Shown here in pieces: positions 6,715-14,294 of a stretch of 16,556 nucleotides of DNA. Where the stretch lies: assembly GCA_038870455.1 (NCBI GenBank), contig JAWCPB010000013.1:11607-28162 (forward strand), given 5' to 3'. The notes under the pieces were generated by a model. It saw only the letters and a list, made by a program, of their open reading frames with translations, did not search any database and was not told the DNA's origin. The stretch is from Candidatus Micrarchaeia archaeon. GTDB taxonomy: Archaea; Micrarchaeota; Micrarchaeia; Burarchaeales; JACRGF01. How positions within the stretch are numbered: position 1 is the first letter of the stretch; every line of letters starts with the position of its first letter. The position numbers and the translations under genes are program-made.

Positions 6715-7226
6715 TGGCCATACTGAGGAGCGGCGAGCTCCGCGAACTGGACGCGCCCACAATGGCGGGCAGGCTGCGCGAGCTTCGCGAGGAGCTGCAC
6801 TCCGAGCTCGGCGTTGTCGCCGCCGGAGGCAGGCCCAAGAACCCCGGCAGGATTCGCGAGCTCAAGCGCACCGTGGCCCGCATTCTCACGATAGCGCGCC
6901 AGCGCGGCATTGACGTTGAGAAAGCCGCGAAGGCGCTGCTGCCCCCGCCTCCTGAGAAAAAAGAGGCGAAGGAGGAGCCGCGGGCCGAAAAGCCCAAGAC
7001 CGGGAAGAAAGAGAAGGCTAGGGAAGAGAAAAGGGAAGCGAGGGAAAAGCCCGAAGAAAAAGGAGCGAGGGAGGAGAAAAAAGAAGCGAGGGAGAAACCA
7101 GTGGAAAAGGGAAGGGAGGGCTTGGCAAAAAAAGAAGCAAAACATGGGGCGAAGGGCGGGAAAGCGAGGGAAGGAAAGTCGGGGCGTTCAAGCTCGATGA
7201 AGGAACAAAAGGGGAAAAAGGGGTGA
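6714..7226 (+). CDS. rpl29: 50S ribosomal protein uL29 with long Lys/Glu-rich C-terminal extension
   Basis: MAILRSGELR...NPGRIRELKRTVARILT. Preceded by a GGAGGT SD. Confidence 0.93.
   Translation: MAILRSGELRELDAPTMAGRLRELREELHSELGVVAAGGRPKNPGRIRELKRTVARILTIARQRGIDVEKAAKALLPPPPEKKEAKEEPRAEKPKTGKKEKAREEKREAREKPEEKGAREEKKEAREKPVEKGREGLAKKEAKHGAKGGKAREGKSGRSSSMKEQKGKKG
7017..7112 (+). repeat. Two tandem 48-bp in-frame repeats within the rpl29 extension
   Basis: AREEKREAREKPEEKG (7017-7064) and AREEKKEAREKPVEKG (7065-7112). Confidence 0.85.
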
Positions 7227-7235
7227 TTTGGGAAG

Positions 7236-7541
7236 ATGGCTGAAATCTGCCGCACGTGCGGTCTTCCGAAGGAAATCTGCGCCTGTGAAGCTCTCGAGAA
7301 AGAGGAGGCGCAGAAGATCAAAGTGTATTCCACAAAGAAGAGGTTCGGAAAGCTCGTGACAATAATAGAGGGGCTTGAGGCGGGCGTGCTCGAGAAGACC
7401 GCAAAAGAGCTCAAGCACAGGCTCGCGTGCGGCGGCACCGCGAAAGACGGCGTCGTCATCCTTCAGGGCGAGCAGAGGGAGAAGGCGAAGGCCGCGCTCG
7501 TGTCCATCGGCTATCCCGAGTCAAGCATTTCGGTGAGATGA
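7236..7541 (+). CDS. sui1: Translation initiation factor SUI1/aIF1
   Basis: CRTCGLPKEICAC, KRFGKLVTIIEG, LKHRLACGGT, ILQG. Confidence 0.96.
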   Translation: MAEICRTCGLPKEICACEALEKEEAQKIKVYSTKKRFGKLVTIIEGLEAGVLEKTAKELKHRLACGGTAKDGVVILQGEQREKAKAALVSIGYPESSISVR

Positions 7542-7829
7542 ATGATAACAAGACAAAACATCATCGTGCATGAACTCATCGGCCTGCGGGCCGAGGTCGC
7601 CGCGTCAGCCTCGAAGCCGCTCATCGGGCTGGCTGGCGTCGTTGTCGATGAGACCAAAAACACGCTCACGCTCGAGCGCGGCGGCCGCGAGCGCATTGTC
7701 CCGAAGCGCGCCTGCACCTTCCGTTTCCACCTGCCCCAAGGCGGTGACGCGCTCGTGCGCGGCTCGCTCATCGCGCTCGAGCCCGTCGAGAGGCTCAAGA
7801 AGCTCGCCAAGGAGGTTGGCCATGGCTGA
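7542..7829 (+). CDS. rnp1: Ribonuclease P protein component 1 (Rpp29/Pop4)
   Basis: NIIVHELIGL, GVVVDETKNTL, IVPK, PVERLKK, and conserved position before rps17. Confidence 0.95.
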   Translation: MITRQNIIVHELIGLRAEVAASASKPLIGLAGVVVDETKNTLTLERGGRERIVPKRACTFRFHLPQGGDALVRGSLIALEPVERLKKLAKEVGHG

Positions 7830-8124
7830 AAAAACCTGCACCGATCCACACTGCTTCCGCCACGGCTCGCTCCGCACCAGGGGCGGCGAGGTGACCGGCC
7901 TCGTCGTGAGCGACAAGGGAAGGCGCTCCGTCATTGTAGAGCGCGAGTACACGCGGCGCATTCCCAAGTACGAGAGGCTCGCGCGCAAGCGCTCGCGCAT
8001 TCCGGCCCACAACCCCGACTGCATCGCCGCCAAGGAGGGCGACACCGTGCGCATAGCCGAGTGCAGGCGCATAAGCAAGACAAAGGCCTGGACCGTTGTC
8101 GAGGTGCTCGGGAGGAGGGGGTGA
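7822..8124 (+). CDS. rps17: 30S ribosomal protein uS17
   Basis: CTDPHCFRHG, IPKYER, AHNPDC, GDTVRIAECRRISKTK. ATG 7822 follows GGAGGT. Confidence 0.97.
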   Translation: MAEKTCTDPHCFRHGSLRTRGGEVTGLVVSDKGRRSVIVEREYTRRIPKYERLARKRSRIPAHNPDCIAAKEGDTVRIAECRRISKTKAWTVVEVLGRRG

Positions 8125-8125
8125 C

Positions 8126-8524
8126 TTGAAGGGACTCGCCGCCAGCATTCCGAAAGCGCTTCAGATCGGCTCCGCGCTCGCCTGCGACGACAACAGCGGC
8201 GCGCGCATAGTCGAGATCATAGGCGTGCCTGGCTGGAAGGCGCGCAGGGCGCGCTCCCCGAAGGCAGGCATCGCCGACCCCATCATCGTCGCCGTAAAGG
8301 CCGGCGCGCCCCAGCTCAAGAAAAAAATAGAACGCGCGGTCATCATCCGCCAGCGCAAGGAATTCAGGCGCGCGAACGGCCTGCGCATCGCGTTCGAGGA
8401 CAACGCGGTCGTGCTCATAGACGAGCAGGGGCTGCCCAAGGGAACCGAGATAAAGGGCGCAATCGCCCGCGAGGTCGCCGAGAGGTACCCAAAAGTCGCG
8501 GCCATCGCCGCGGCCGTGGTGTGA
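8126..8524 (+). CDS. rpl14: 50S ribosomal protein uL14 (probable TTG start)
   Basis: CDDNSGA, AVIIRQRKEFRR, FEDNAVV, PKGTEIKGAIAREVAER. Confidence 0.97.
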   Translation: MKGLAASIPKALQIGSALACDDNSGARIVEIIGVPGWKARRARSPKAGIADPIIVAVKAGAPQLKKKIERAVIIRQRKEFRRANGLRIAFEDNAVVLIDEQGLPKGTEIKGAIAREVAERYPKVAAIAAAVV

Positions 8525-8528
8525 TAAC

Positions 8529-8894
8529 ATGCCAAGCATTCAACCAAGGAAGCAGAGGAAGGCGCGCTTCGCCGCGCCGCTCCACGCCAGGCACCGCCTC
8601 GTCGCCGCCCACCTGTCGAAAGAGGCGAGGCAGAAGCTCGGCACTAAACGCCGCTCCCTCCCACTGAGGAAAGGCGACAGGGTGAAGGTGCTGCGCGGCG
8701 AGCACAAGGGAAAAACCGGCAAGGTCGCGCGCGTCAGTCTCTCCTCGCTCAAGGCTTTCGTTGAGGGAGTGGTTGTCAAGGAAGCCAAGGGAACAGAGAA
8801 GCTCTGTCCCATCGACCCATCGAACCTGCTCATACTCGAAGCCGACGTGGCAGACAAGCAGCGCGCCGAAGTGCTCGGCCGCTCAAGGAAGTGA
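8529..8894 (+). CDS. rpl24: 50S ribosomal protein uL24
   Basis: SIQPRKQRK, APLH, RSLPLRKGDRVKVLRGEHKG, PIDPSNL. Confidence 0.97.
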   Translation: MPSIQPRKQRKARFAAPLHARHRLVAAHLSKEARQKLGTKRRSLPLRKGDRVKVLRGEHKGKTGKVARVSLSSLKAFVEGVVVKEAKGTEKLCPIDPSNLLILEADVADKQRAEVLGRSRK

Positions 8895-8898
8895 GAAG

Positions 8899-9609
8899 AT
8901 GGCCAAGAAAGGCGGAACGCGGCACCTCAATCGCATTGCAGCGCCGAAGAGCTTTTCCATTGCGAAAAAGGCTTTCGCGTGGGCGGCCAAGCCATCGGCC
9001 GGCCCGCACGCGGCGAAGGAGGCCGTGAGCCTGCTTTCGGTCCTCCGCGATTCGCTGGGGGTTGCGGCGGACGCGCGGGAAGCTGCGCGCGCGATAAACC
9101 AGGGCCGCGTGCTCGTCGACGGCCGCGCCGTGAAGAACGAGCGCTTTCCGGTCGGGCTCATGGACGTGGTCAGCATTCCGGCGCTCAAGGCGCACTACAG
9201 AGCCTGCATCGACAGCAAGGAGCGCATCGTCTTCCGCGAGCTCAGCGAGCAGCAGGCTGGCTTCAAGTACTGCAAAGTCCTCGGCAAAACCACCGCGAAA
9301 GGAGGGAGGACTCTGCTGCGGCTTCACGACGGCCGCTCGCTCGCCTTCGACAAGCCCGTGAAAGTCGGCGACACCCTCAGGCTCGAGCTCGACGGAAAAA
9401 AGCAGGCCTCAGCACTTCCCCTCAAGGAGGACGCGCTGTGCCTCATCATCAAGGGCAAGCACGCGGGGAAGCTCGCGCGCCTGAAGAGCGTAATCCCCGG
9501 CACCGCAACGCGCGAGGCCCAGGCGGTGCTCGAGGGCGACGGCCGCGAGTTCATCACGGTCCTCAAGTACCTCTTCGCAGTCGATGAAGATTTCGGTGGC
9601 AAGGCATGA
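8899..9609 (+). CDS. rps4e: 30S ribosomal protein eS4
   Basis: HLNRIAAP, PSAGPH, VLVDGR, FPVGLMDVV, LHDGR, GKHAG. Confidence 0.97.
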   Translation: MAKKGGTRHLNRIAAPKSFSIAKKAFAWAAKPSAGPHAAKEAVSLLSVLRDSLGVAADAREAARAINQGRVLVDGRAVKNERFPVGLMDVVSIPALKAHYRACIDSKERIVFRELSEQQAGFKYCKVLGKTTAKGGRTLLRLHDGRSLAFDKPVKVGDTLRLELDGKKQASALPLKEDALCLIIKGKHAGKLARLKSVIPGTATREAQAVLEGDGREFITVLKYLFAVDEDFGGKA

Positions 9610-10115
9610 GCGAAGCAATGAGGCAAATAATACTGGAGAAGGTCACGCTCAACATCGGCGTGGGCGCCAGCGGGCAGCCCCTCGAGAACGCCAAGGCGCT
9701 GCTCGCCCGCCTAACAGGCAGGCAGCCTGTGCCAACGCGCGCGAGAGTCCGCAATCCCGTGTTCAAGATAAAGAAGGGCGAGCCCATCGGCGCGAAGGTG
9801 ACCCTGCGCGGCCGGCCCGCGCTCGACTTCCTGAACAAGGCGCTCGACGCCGTGGATTACCGCGTTCCGGAAAAGTCTTTCGACGAGCGCGGGAACTTTT
9901 CCTTCGGGGTCAAAGAGTACATAGACTTTCCGGGCGCCAAGTACGACCCTAAGCTCGGCATGCTCGGTTTCGACGTGTGCGTCACGCTCGCCCGCAGGGG
10001 CTATCGCGTGGCGAGAAAGAGGCGCGCCAGGAGCAGCGTGGGAAAGAAGCACCTCCTCTCCAAGGAGGAGGGGCTCGCGTTCGCGCGCTCCGTGCTCAAG
10101 ATAACGACCACATAA
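9606..10115 (+). CDS. rpl5: 50S ribosomal protein uL5
   Basis: [39 protein letters not shown]. Confidence 0.98.
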   Translation: MSEAMRQIILEKVTLNIGVGASGQPLENAKALLARLTGRQPVPTRARVRNPVFKIKKGEPIGAKVTLRGRPALDFLNKALDAVDYRVPEKSFDERGNFSFGVKEYIDFPGAKYDPKLGMLGFDVCVTLARRGYRVARKRRARSSVGKKHLLSKEEGLAFARSVLKITTT

Positions 10116-10126
10116 AGGTGGATGTC

Positions 10127-10312
10127 ATGGCTGAAAAACCCAGGAAAAAAGCCGACCCCGTAAAGAGGCTCCTGACTCGCTTCAAGGGAAGAGAGCTGCG
10201 CAAGTGCAGGTTCTGCGGCAACGCAAGGGGCGTCATCCGCTCCTACGGCCTGCGCATCTGCCGCAGGTGCTTCCGCGAGGTCGGCGAACAGATAGGCTTC
10301 AGGAAATTCTAG
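10127..10312 (+). CDS. rps14: 30S ribosomal protein uS14 (zinc-binding type)
   Basis: CRFCG...[15 protein letters not shown]...GFRKF. ATG 10127 follows AGGTGG. Confidence 0.95.
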   Translation: MAEKPRKKADPVKRLLTRFKGRELRKCRFCGNARGVIRSYGLRICRRCFREVGEQIGFRKF

Positions 10313-10320
10313 GTGATGCG

Positions 10321-10710
10321 ATGACGAATGATCCGCTCGCAGACGCGCTGAACACGATAAAGACACACCGCAGGGTCGGTCAAAGCGAATGCACCATCAG
10401 GCCGGCCAACCGCCTCATCCGCGGGGTGCTCGCCCTGCTGCAGTCCCACAACTACATCGGCGAGTTCGAGTTCGTCGATGACGGCAAGTCGGGCGAGTTC
10501 AGGGTCAGGGAGCTGGGCATGATAAACGACTGCGGGGTCATCAAGCCGCGCTTCAGCGTCAAGAAAAACGAGTGGGCCAAGTGGGAGCAGCGCTTCATTC
10601 CCAGCAAGGACTTCGGCCTGCTCATCGTCTCGACCCCCCAGGGCCTGCTCACAAACGCTGAGGCCAGGAAGAGGGGAATCGGCGGCAAGCTCATCGCTTT
10701 CGTGTATTGA
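10321..10710 (+). CDS. rps8: 30S ribosomal protein uS8
   Basis: DPLADALNTI, YIGEFEFVDDGKSG, INDCGVIKPR, IVSTPQG, GGKLIAFVY. Confidence 0.98.
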   Translation: MTNDPLADALNTIKTHRRVGQSECTIRPANRLIRGVLALLQSHNYIGEFEFVDDGKSGEFRVRELGMINDCGVIKPRFSVKKNEWAKWEQRFIPSKDFGLLIVSTPQGLLTNAEARKRGIGGKLIAFVY

Positions 10711-10720
10711 GGTGAATGCA

Positions 10721-11212
10721 TTGGTTGTGGCGCTTCCACCAGATGTCAAGCTCGAGGTCAAGGGAAGCCTCGTGGCAGTCTTCGGCCCTCTCGGCAGGCT
10801 CGAGAAGAGGCTGGCCGCCCGCGGCGCGGCCATCGAGCTCACCCCGCGGGGAGTCGAGGTCAGGGCTTCGCTCGACGTTGCCAACACGCTCGAGTCGCAC
10901 ATCAGGAACATGGTGAGGGGCGTGCGCGAGGGCTACACCCTCAAGCTGCAGATGGTTTATTCGCACTTTCCGCTGTCCGTCGAGGTCAAGGGCGGGCAGG
11001 TGTTCATCAAGAACTTCCTCGGGGAAAAACAGCCGAGGGTCGCCGCCATCGTGGGCTCGACAAAAGTTGAAGTCAAGCCTCCGCTCGTCATCCTCAGCGG
11101 GGTGAGCAAGGAGGACGTGGGCCAGACCGCAGCGAACATTCGCGCCGCCCTCCGCATCAGGCAGAGGGACTCGCGCGTTTTCCAAGACGGCCTTTATCCG
11201 GTGGAGGAATGA
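10721..11212 (+). CDS. rpl6: 50S ribosomal protein uL6 (TTG 10721 after GAGGTGA SD; GTG 10712 is an alternative)
   Basis: HIRNMVRGV, YSHFP, IKNFLGEK, VGQTAANI, DSRVFQDGLY. Confidence 0.96.
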   Translation: MVVALPPDVKLEVKGSLVAVFGPLGRLEKRLAARGAAIELTPRGVEVRASLDVANTLESHIRNMVRGVREGYTLKLQMVYSHFPLSVEVKGGQVFIKNFLGEKQPRVAAIVGSTKVEVKPPLVILSGVSKEDVGQTAANIRAALRIRQRDSRVFQDGLYPVEE

Positions 11213-11556
11213 GCATGCGAAAGAGGACGCACCCGCGCTTCCAGCAGCAGAACTACGGCAGGAAGGGACGCTCGCGCGTCAAGGCCGCTTGGCGCAAGCC
11301 CCGCGGCATTGACAACAAGAAGAGGCTCAAGCGCGCGAGCGCGGGCGCCGAGCCCAACATCGGATGGAGGAACCCACGCCCGCTGCGCGGGCTTCATCCC
11401 AGCGGCCTGCTCGAGGTGCTCGTGTCGAACGCGGCGGCTCTCCGTGGGCTTGACGGGAAACGGCACGCGGTGAGAATAGCAGCCGGCGTGGGCGGAAGAA
11501 AGAGGGCGGCGCTAGCCGCGGCTGCCAGGCAACTCGGCCTCAGGGTGTTGAACTAG
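11209..11556 (+). CDS. rpl32e: 50S ribosomal protein eL32
   Basis: WRKPRGIDNK, PNIGW, RGLHPSG, LGLRVLN. Confidence 0.96.
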   Translation: MSMRKRTHPRFQQQNYGRKGRSRVKAAWRKPRGIDNKKRLKRASAGAEPNIGWRNPRPLRGLHPSGLLEVLVSNAAALRGLDGKRHAVRIAAGVGGRKRAALAAAARQLGLRVLN

Positions 11557-11573
11557 AAGGTGAAGGTGAAACG

Positions 11574-12023
11574 ATGAGCATTCAGGGCGTCAGGCGAATG
11601 GCTTCCGACATTCTGGGAGTGGGCGCCTCGCGCGTCCGCATCCTCCCCGCAGAGGCCAAGAAGGCCGGTGAGGCCCTGACGCGCGACGACGTGCGCGCGC
11701 TCATCAAGCAGGGGATAATCTACGTGCTTCCCAAGGTTTCGCCCTCCCGCGCGCTGGCCAAGGCGCTTCACTCTCAGAGAAGAAAGGGCAGGAGGCGCGG
11801 GCTCGGTGCGAGAAAAGGCCTCAAGTACGCCCGGATTCCGAGGAAGACGATCTGGATGAACAAGGTGCGCGCCCAGCGCGCTCTTCTCAGGGAGCTCGCG
11901 GCAGCCAACAAGCTCGTCAAGGGAGCGCGCCGCGCTTACCGCATGGTCAAGGGCATGGCATTCAAGTCAAGGGCGTCGCTGCTGGCCTACCTAAAGGAAA
12001 ACGATTTCGTAAAAGGTGTTTGA
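11574..12023 (+). CDS. rpl19e: 50S ribosomal protein eL19
   Basis: RRMASDILGVG, ALTRDDVRALI, KGRRRGLGARKG, WMNKVRAQR, YRMVKG. Confidence 0.96.
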   Translation: MSIQGVRRMASDILGVGASRVRILPAEAKKAGEALTRDDVRALIKQGIIYVLPKVSPSRALAKALHSQRRKGRRRGLGARKGLKYARIPRKTIWMNKVRAQRALLRELAAANKLVKGARRAYRMVKGMAFKSRASLLAYLKENDFVKGV

Positions 12024-12024
12024 A

Positions 12025-12600
12025 TTGCCGAAAGCCACGGGTCCAACGTACGACGTTCCTTTCAGGCGCAGGCGAAGGAACCTCACCAACTACGCGAGAA
12101 GGCTCGCGCTCCTGAAGGCCGGCGTGCGCCTGGTCTTCCGCAAGAGTCTGAGCCATGCGCTTGTGCAGCTCGTGGAGTTTTCGGAGAAGGGCGACGCCGT
12201 GCTCGCGGCCGCCCACAGCGCCGAGCTCAAGCCATTCGGCTGGCCTGTCCGCGCCAACGCCCCGACCGCATACCTCACGGGCTTTCTTGCAGCAAAGCGC
12301 GCGCTCGCCAAGGGAGTCAAGCGCGCGGTTCTCGACGCCGGCCTCGCCACCCCGGGCAGGGGCAGCGTCGCGTATGCAGCGCTCAAGGGCGCGCTCGACG
12401 CCGGCCTCGCGGTTCCGGCCGGCGAGGGGATTTTCGACGAAGCTCGGCTCAAGGGCCAGCACATAGCGGACTACGCGAGGAAGCTCAAGGGAACCCCGCA
12501 GTACGCCAAACAGTTTTCAGCTTACATTAAAGAGGGCGTGGAGCCCGAGCGCCTCCCCGAACTCTTTGACCAAGTGAAGAGCAAGCTCTCGAGCGGGTGA
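12025..12600 (+). CDS. rpl18: 50S ribosomal protein uL18 (TTG 12025; GTG 12016 is an alternative)
   Basis: ATGPTYDVPFRRRR, TNYARRLALL, NAPTAYLTG, LKGALDAGL, RLKGQHI. Confidence 0.96.
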   Translation: MPKATGPTYDVPFRRRRRNLTNYARRLALLKAGVRLVFRKSLSHALVQLVEFSEKGDAVLAAAHSAELKPFGWPVRANAPTAYLTGFLAAKRALAKGVKRAVLDAGLATPGRGSVAYAALKGALDAGLAVPAGEGIFDEARLKGQHIADYARKLKGTPQYAKQFSAYIKEGVEPERLPELFDQVKSKLSSG

Positions 12601-12605
12601 TTTGG

Positions 12606-13277
12606 TTGGCTGGAGAAACGCTGAAGGAAGTCGAGGAGGAAAAGCCCGAGTGGGTGCCGAGGACCGAGCTGGGCAGGCTTGTTGCCAAGAAGGAGATCAC
12701 CTCCATCGAGCAGGTGTTCGAGCTGGGCAAGCCCATTCTCGAGTACCAGATTGTCGATGCGCTGCTGCCGAACCTCAGGGAGGAGACCATCGAGGTGGCG
12801 AGCACGCAGAGGATGACCGACTGCGGCAGGAAAGCCAAGTTCCGCGCTGTCGTTCTCGTTGGCGACGGCAACGGCCACCTCGGCATAGGCGTGGGGAAGG
12901 CCGAAGAGGTGAGGCCGGCTGTCGAGAGTGCGGTCAAGGACGCCAAGCGCAGGATCATCCGCTTTCCCCTCGGCTGCGGCTCCTGGGAGTGCGGGTGCGG
13001 CACGCGCCACACCACGCCCATTAAGGTGACCGGAAAGCAAGGCAGCGTGGTCATCACGCTCAAGCCGGCCCCGCGCGGCGTCGGAATCGTCGCGAACGAG
13101 GTCGTGCGCAAGGTTCTGTCGGCTGCGGGCGTGAAGGACGCCTGGAGCTTCGCCAGGGGAAGCACGCGCAACGTGTTCAACACGGCCATGGCCGTGCGCA
13201 ACGCCCTCGATTCGCTGAACAGCATGCGCTACCAAGGAGAGTGGGAAAGCGCGCTCAAGAAAGAAGAGAATATTTAG
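12606..13277 (+). CDS. rps5: 30S ribosomal protein uS5 (TTG 12606; GTG 12597 is an alternative)
   Basis: WVPRTELGRLV, QRMTDCGR, VGDGNG, GCGSWECGCG, PAPRGVG. Confidence 0.97.
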   Translation: MAGETLKEVEEEKPEWVPRTELGRLVAKKEITSIEQVFELGKPILEYQIVDALLPNLREETIEVASTQRMTDCGRKAKFRAVVLVGDGNGHLGIGVGKAEEVRPAVESAVKDAKRRIIRFPLGCGSWECGCGTRHTTPIKVTGKQGSVVITLKPAPRGVGIVANEVVRKVLSAAGVKDAWSFARGSTRNVFNTAMAVRNALDSLNSMRYQGEWESALKKEENI

Positions 13278-13286
13278 GTGGAAAAA

Positions 13287-13403
13287 ATGCATGCCTGGAT
13301 GAAGAAGGGAAGGGGGTCAGGAGGAGCCTCAAACTGGGGGGAAACCGTAGGTTTCCCCGCGGTTCGGTGGGAGAGCGCGCTCAAGAAAGAAGAGAATGTT
13401 TAG
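13287..13403 (+). CDS. Putative 38-aa mini-ORF ending in a copy of the S5 C-terminus
   Basis: AGGTG SD 6 nt upstream. Translation is MHAWMKKGRGSGGASNWGETVGFPAVRWESALKKEENV*. Confidence 0.3.
   Translation: MHAWMKKGRGSGGASNWGETVGFPAVRWESALKKEENV
13338..13358. repeat. Perfect 9-bp hairpin (REP/MITE-like palindrome)
   Basis: GGGGAAACC-GTA-GGTTTCCCC, extendable with G-U pairs to 13332-13364. Confidence 0.75.
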
Positions 13404-13412
13404 GTGAAGCGA

Positions 13413-13874
13413 ATGCCTGAATGCCTTGCAGTCATACGCGTGCGCGGCCGCACCGGAATCCGGCCGCGGGCAGAGGCCACGCTGCGCCTGCTGCGCCTCA
13501 CGCGCGTGAATCACCTCACCCTGCTTCCCCGCTCGCCATCGATTGAGGGCATGCTGGGAGCGTGCAAGGATTACATCACGTGGGGGGAGATCACCGCCGC
13601 AACGATAGCCAAGCTCTTGGCTCGACGTGGCTTTCTTCCCGGAAACAAGCGCATCACACCCGCATCCATCCAGCACTTGAAGCTTAACTCGCTTGAAGAG
13701 CTCGCCGAAAAGCTCGCTGCCTGCGAGCTCAGGCCCGAGGACGCAGGGCTCAAGCCCGTCTTCCGCCTTCACCCGCCGCGCAGGGGCTGGGGCGAGACCA
13801 AGAGGCTTTTTCCAGAGGGCGCGCTGGGCTACAGGGGAAAACAGATCAGCGAGCTCGTGGCAAGAATGATGTGA
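13413..13874 (+). CDS. rpl30: 50S ribosomal protein uL30 (archaeal long form)
   Basis: LAVIRVRG, TLRLLRL, KDYITWGEI, LKPVFRLHPPRRG, GALGYRG. Confidence 0.97.
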   Translation: MPECLAVIRVRGRTGIRPRAEATLRLLRLTRVNHLTLLPRSPSIEGMLGACKDYITWGEITAATIAKLLARRGFLPGNKRITPASIQHLKLNSLEELAEKLAACELRPEDAGLKPVFRLHPPRRGWGETKRLFPEGALGYRGKQISELVARMM

Positions 13875-13883
13875 GGCGTTGTC

Positions 13884-14294
13884 ATGGCCAGGCGTCACAA
13901 AAAGCGTTCGCGCAAATACCTGGGCTCAAGGCACTGGGGAGGGGGCAACATAAAGGGCAGGCGCGGGAAAGGCAGCCGCGGGGGAAAGGGCTATGCCGGC
14001 TCCCACAAGCACAAGTGGAGCTACATCGTCAAGTACGAGCCGGGCCACTTCGGCGCGGGAGGATTCCACCAGCCCCACAGGGTCCGCCTTCCGGTCATCA
14101 ACCTGCGCGACATCGCCGACCTCGCCGCCAAGGGCGCGCTCGAGGAAAAGGAGGGCAAGCTATTCTTCGAGTTTCAGGGAAAAGTCCTCGGCTCCGGAAG
14201 CCTCTCCAGCCCAATACGGGTAAGGGCGCGTTCTTTCTCGAAGTCGGCTGAAGAAAAGATTGCCGGCGCCGGAGGAGAGGCGATCAGGGGATGA
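13884..14294 (+). CDS. rpl15: 50S ribosomal protein uL15
   Basis: SRKYLGSRHWGGG, RGKGSRGGKGYAG, HKHKW, KVLGSG, FSKSAEEKIAGAGG. Confidence 0.97.
   Translation: MARRHKKRSRKYLGSRHWGGGNIKGRRGKGSRGGKGYAGSHKHKWSYIVKYEPGHFGAGGFHQPHRVRLPVINLRDIADLAAKGALEEKEGKLFFEFQGKVLGSGSLSSPIRVRARSFSKSAEEKIAGAGGEAIRG

Larger units (their letters stand above)
13241..13423 (+). repeat. Direct repeat of the rps5 3' end, SD and rpl30 start (126-bp period) enclosing a palindromic insert
   Basis: 13241-13280 versus 13367-13406 are identical at 38/40 positions. Similarity continues as ATGC(ATGC)CTGGATG versus ATGCCTGAATG. Confidence 0.9.

Noticed and set aside
13241-13406. CRISPR mini-array
   Set aside because: There are only two copies, the repeat is coding sequence of rps5, the spacer is 86 bp, and no cas genes are present.
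13241-13423. DGR template/variable repeat pair (both core mismatches are A to G)
   Set aside because: There are only two such mismatches, the flanking differences are not adenine-specific, the repeat is short, and no reverse transcriptase is present in the window.
12606-13874. Amber readthrough or recoding giving S5-miniORF-L30 (and L2-S19) fusions
   Set aside because: Other TAG stops (rpl22, rps14, rpl32e) are out of frame with the next gene, each downstream gene has its own start, and 9-nt spacers are ordinary. TAG behaves as a stop.
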